A stretch of 63,386 bases of DNA, filler included, from Rhabdomonas costata (lineage: Eukaryota), in the NCBI GenBank assembly GCA_019059605.1. It is 48 parts of 48 records of this genome, joined end to end, with 100 filler letters (N's around TTAATTAATTAA, not from the genome) between each part and the next. Parts side by side here need not be neighbours in the genome. Positions count along the whole stretch, not along the records: positions 62,165 to 63,386 come from JAHMHO010023031.1; 47 more parts are not named here. The stretch is one strand, 5' to 3'. Each line of letters starts with the position of its first letter. The stretch's first letter is position 1. Made by a program: the position numbers and the translations under genes. Under the pieces are notes generated by a model that was not told the DNA's origin, did no database searches, and was given only the letters and a program-made list of their open reading frames with translations. This document shows, one piece after another, positions 62,065-63,386 of this stretch.

Positions 62065-63386
62065 NNNNNNNNNNNNNNNNNNNNNNNNNNNNNNNNNNNN
62101 NNNNNNNNTTAATTAATTAANNNNNNNNNNNNNNNNNNNNNNNNNNNNNNNNNNNNNNNNNNNNTCCAGTTTAAACTCCCACCACCTGCACCCGAAGAAT
62201 GATGCGGTGTCGTTGTCCCGTTGGTTTCTTTTCTTTTTGGGTTTCGATGTATGGGATCTTATGATGGTTGTGATTCATGAGATGTGGAAGTGTTCGTTGC
62301 CATTTCTGTCGGTTTGCTGCAGACATGCCTTTTTAGAAGTCTGACGCAACCTTGACTGCCCTGTAAGTGGGTAGGTGTGGTGGGGGGAGGGATGGAGCTG
62401 CAGGGAGGTTCACTGTTGCTTTTTTCTCTTTCATTTCTGCATGGCTTGCTAATTGCGGTGCTTGTCCCTGTTCTTTTGATTCGCAAAAGAGACAAAATAA
62501 ATGAGGTTAGGGGCTGGCATCTGATGAGTAGAAACTCAACCCCGTCTTCTTGAGCCATGCTTTCTCTTCAACGGTGATGGCCTTCTGGTGTTGCCCCTGA
62601 AAGAGACAGACACATCAGCTCATCGTGTTCTGTTATCTCTGCATCTTCCTCTCGTCATGTTCTCTTTATTTATTGTATCGTTCTGCATTCGCTGCATGTC
62701 CTCTCGCCGTCACCTGAGTGGGACAGTGGTCAGCATCCTGGGGGTATGTTTTGAAGGGTCCCTGAGAGCTCGACTTCGGTTCCCGTCGAACGCCGAGCCA
62801 CTGAAGGCCCAAGATCGTTTTTCCACCACTGCTGTCAGTTGCCACTTGTTCTGTCCGCATTCCGAGTGCCCCCCCCCCCCCCTCGTTTCCCATGTCCATT
62901 CTTTTTGCAGTTTCTGTTTTCGTCCGTTCACCGTTCACGACGCCTGCTTGCGTTTGTTTTACGGGTTCAGGTTAACATTCCTATCCATCGGATGCTTTGG
63001 AATGAAGGTTGTTTAATCTCCTAAGGAGATCATGCATTCAGTAAACGGAAACGGATGTGTCAGCAAGTGATCCAATAGAAGATGAATAAGTACTTCATGC
63101 CTAGTACATAATCGTTGCTTTGTAAAGTTTCGGAAGGGTCTCTGAGAACTCGCTTTTGACTCCCATCGGAAGCTGAGACTCCCGAGGCCCCAGATTATCT
63201 CTTCCGGTTGATCCACCCCTTTTGTTTGTTCCCGGCATGGTCTCTTATCCCTGAAGGTAGCCCCCTGCCTTTTATCTCACGGTGTTCCGGCCTCTATTTT
63301 CCCAATTGTTGCTCGGTCTTCATCGTCTCTCTCACACTCTCACCCGGGTTTTCTTGGTACAGAATAGTGTGGATTCTGTTTCTCGT

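Noticed and set aside
61807-62116. EWSGV/HSTPL repeat proteins
   Set aside because: Translations of pentanucleotide microsatellites.
1225-62164. Regularly spaced TTAATTAATTAA units as a CRISPR-like or biological array; gene clusters spanning linkers (for example SWIB next to glgA, or MAP3K near MAP2K)
   Set aside because: The units are artificial linkers inside N runs; neighbouring contigs are unlinked.
2650-63386. Hundreds of 60-250 aa ORFs in the track, and the idea of a reassigned genetic code
   Set aside because: Most are shadow frames of GC-rich exons or intronic sequence. Conserved exons translate cleanly with the standard code, and stops fall in introns or decayed elements.

Overview
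This window is not one locus. It is 48 unrelated contigs of about 1.22 kb joined by 47 artificial 100-nt linkers (N44-TTAATTAATTAA-N44), so adjacency across linkers means nothing and most ORFs in the track are spurious. About 45 contigs are GC-richer, intron-rich eukaryotic DNA. Recognisable exons include an articulin-type VPV-repeat protein, cytoplasmic dynein heavy chain, TOP2, CDC16, TRAPPC9, NHP2, TRMT11, TRMT6, RRP12, Sec7, a HECT ligase, MAP2K/MAP3K, a PPP phosphatase and a histidine kinase. The articulin and the PPP subtype suggest a euglenid/euglenozoan host (inference). Three contigs are very AT-rich, intronless and foreign. Two look like Mimiviridae-type giant-virus DNA: a SWIB/MDM2 gene, and a decaying type I R-M HsdS-like gene plus an HsdM-like start with an AAAATTGA promoter and a 13-bp terminator-like hairpin. 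The third is a bacterial-type GT5 glycogen synthase. Most contig ends, including the foreign ones, carry G/T-only heads or A/C-only tails, and six contigs have terminal fold-backs, pointing to whole-genome amplification of one sample. Best leads: a giant virus co-sampled with a probable euglenid; its R-M locus; an LTR end with a tRNA-iMet primer-binding site; recurrent GC-AG donors; and an intron-containing bacterial-type esterase. All family calls come from motif recognition by eye, not database searches.
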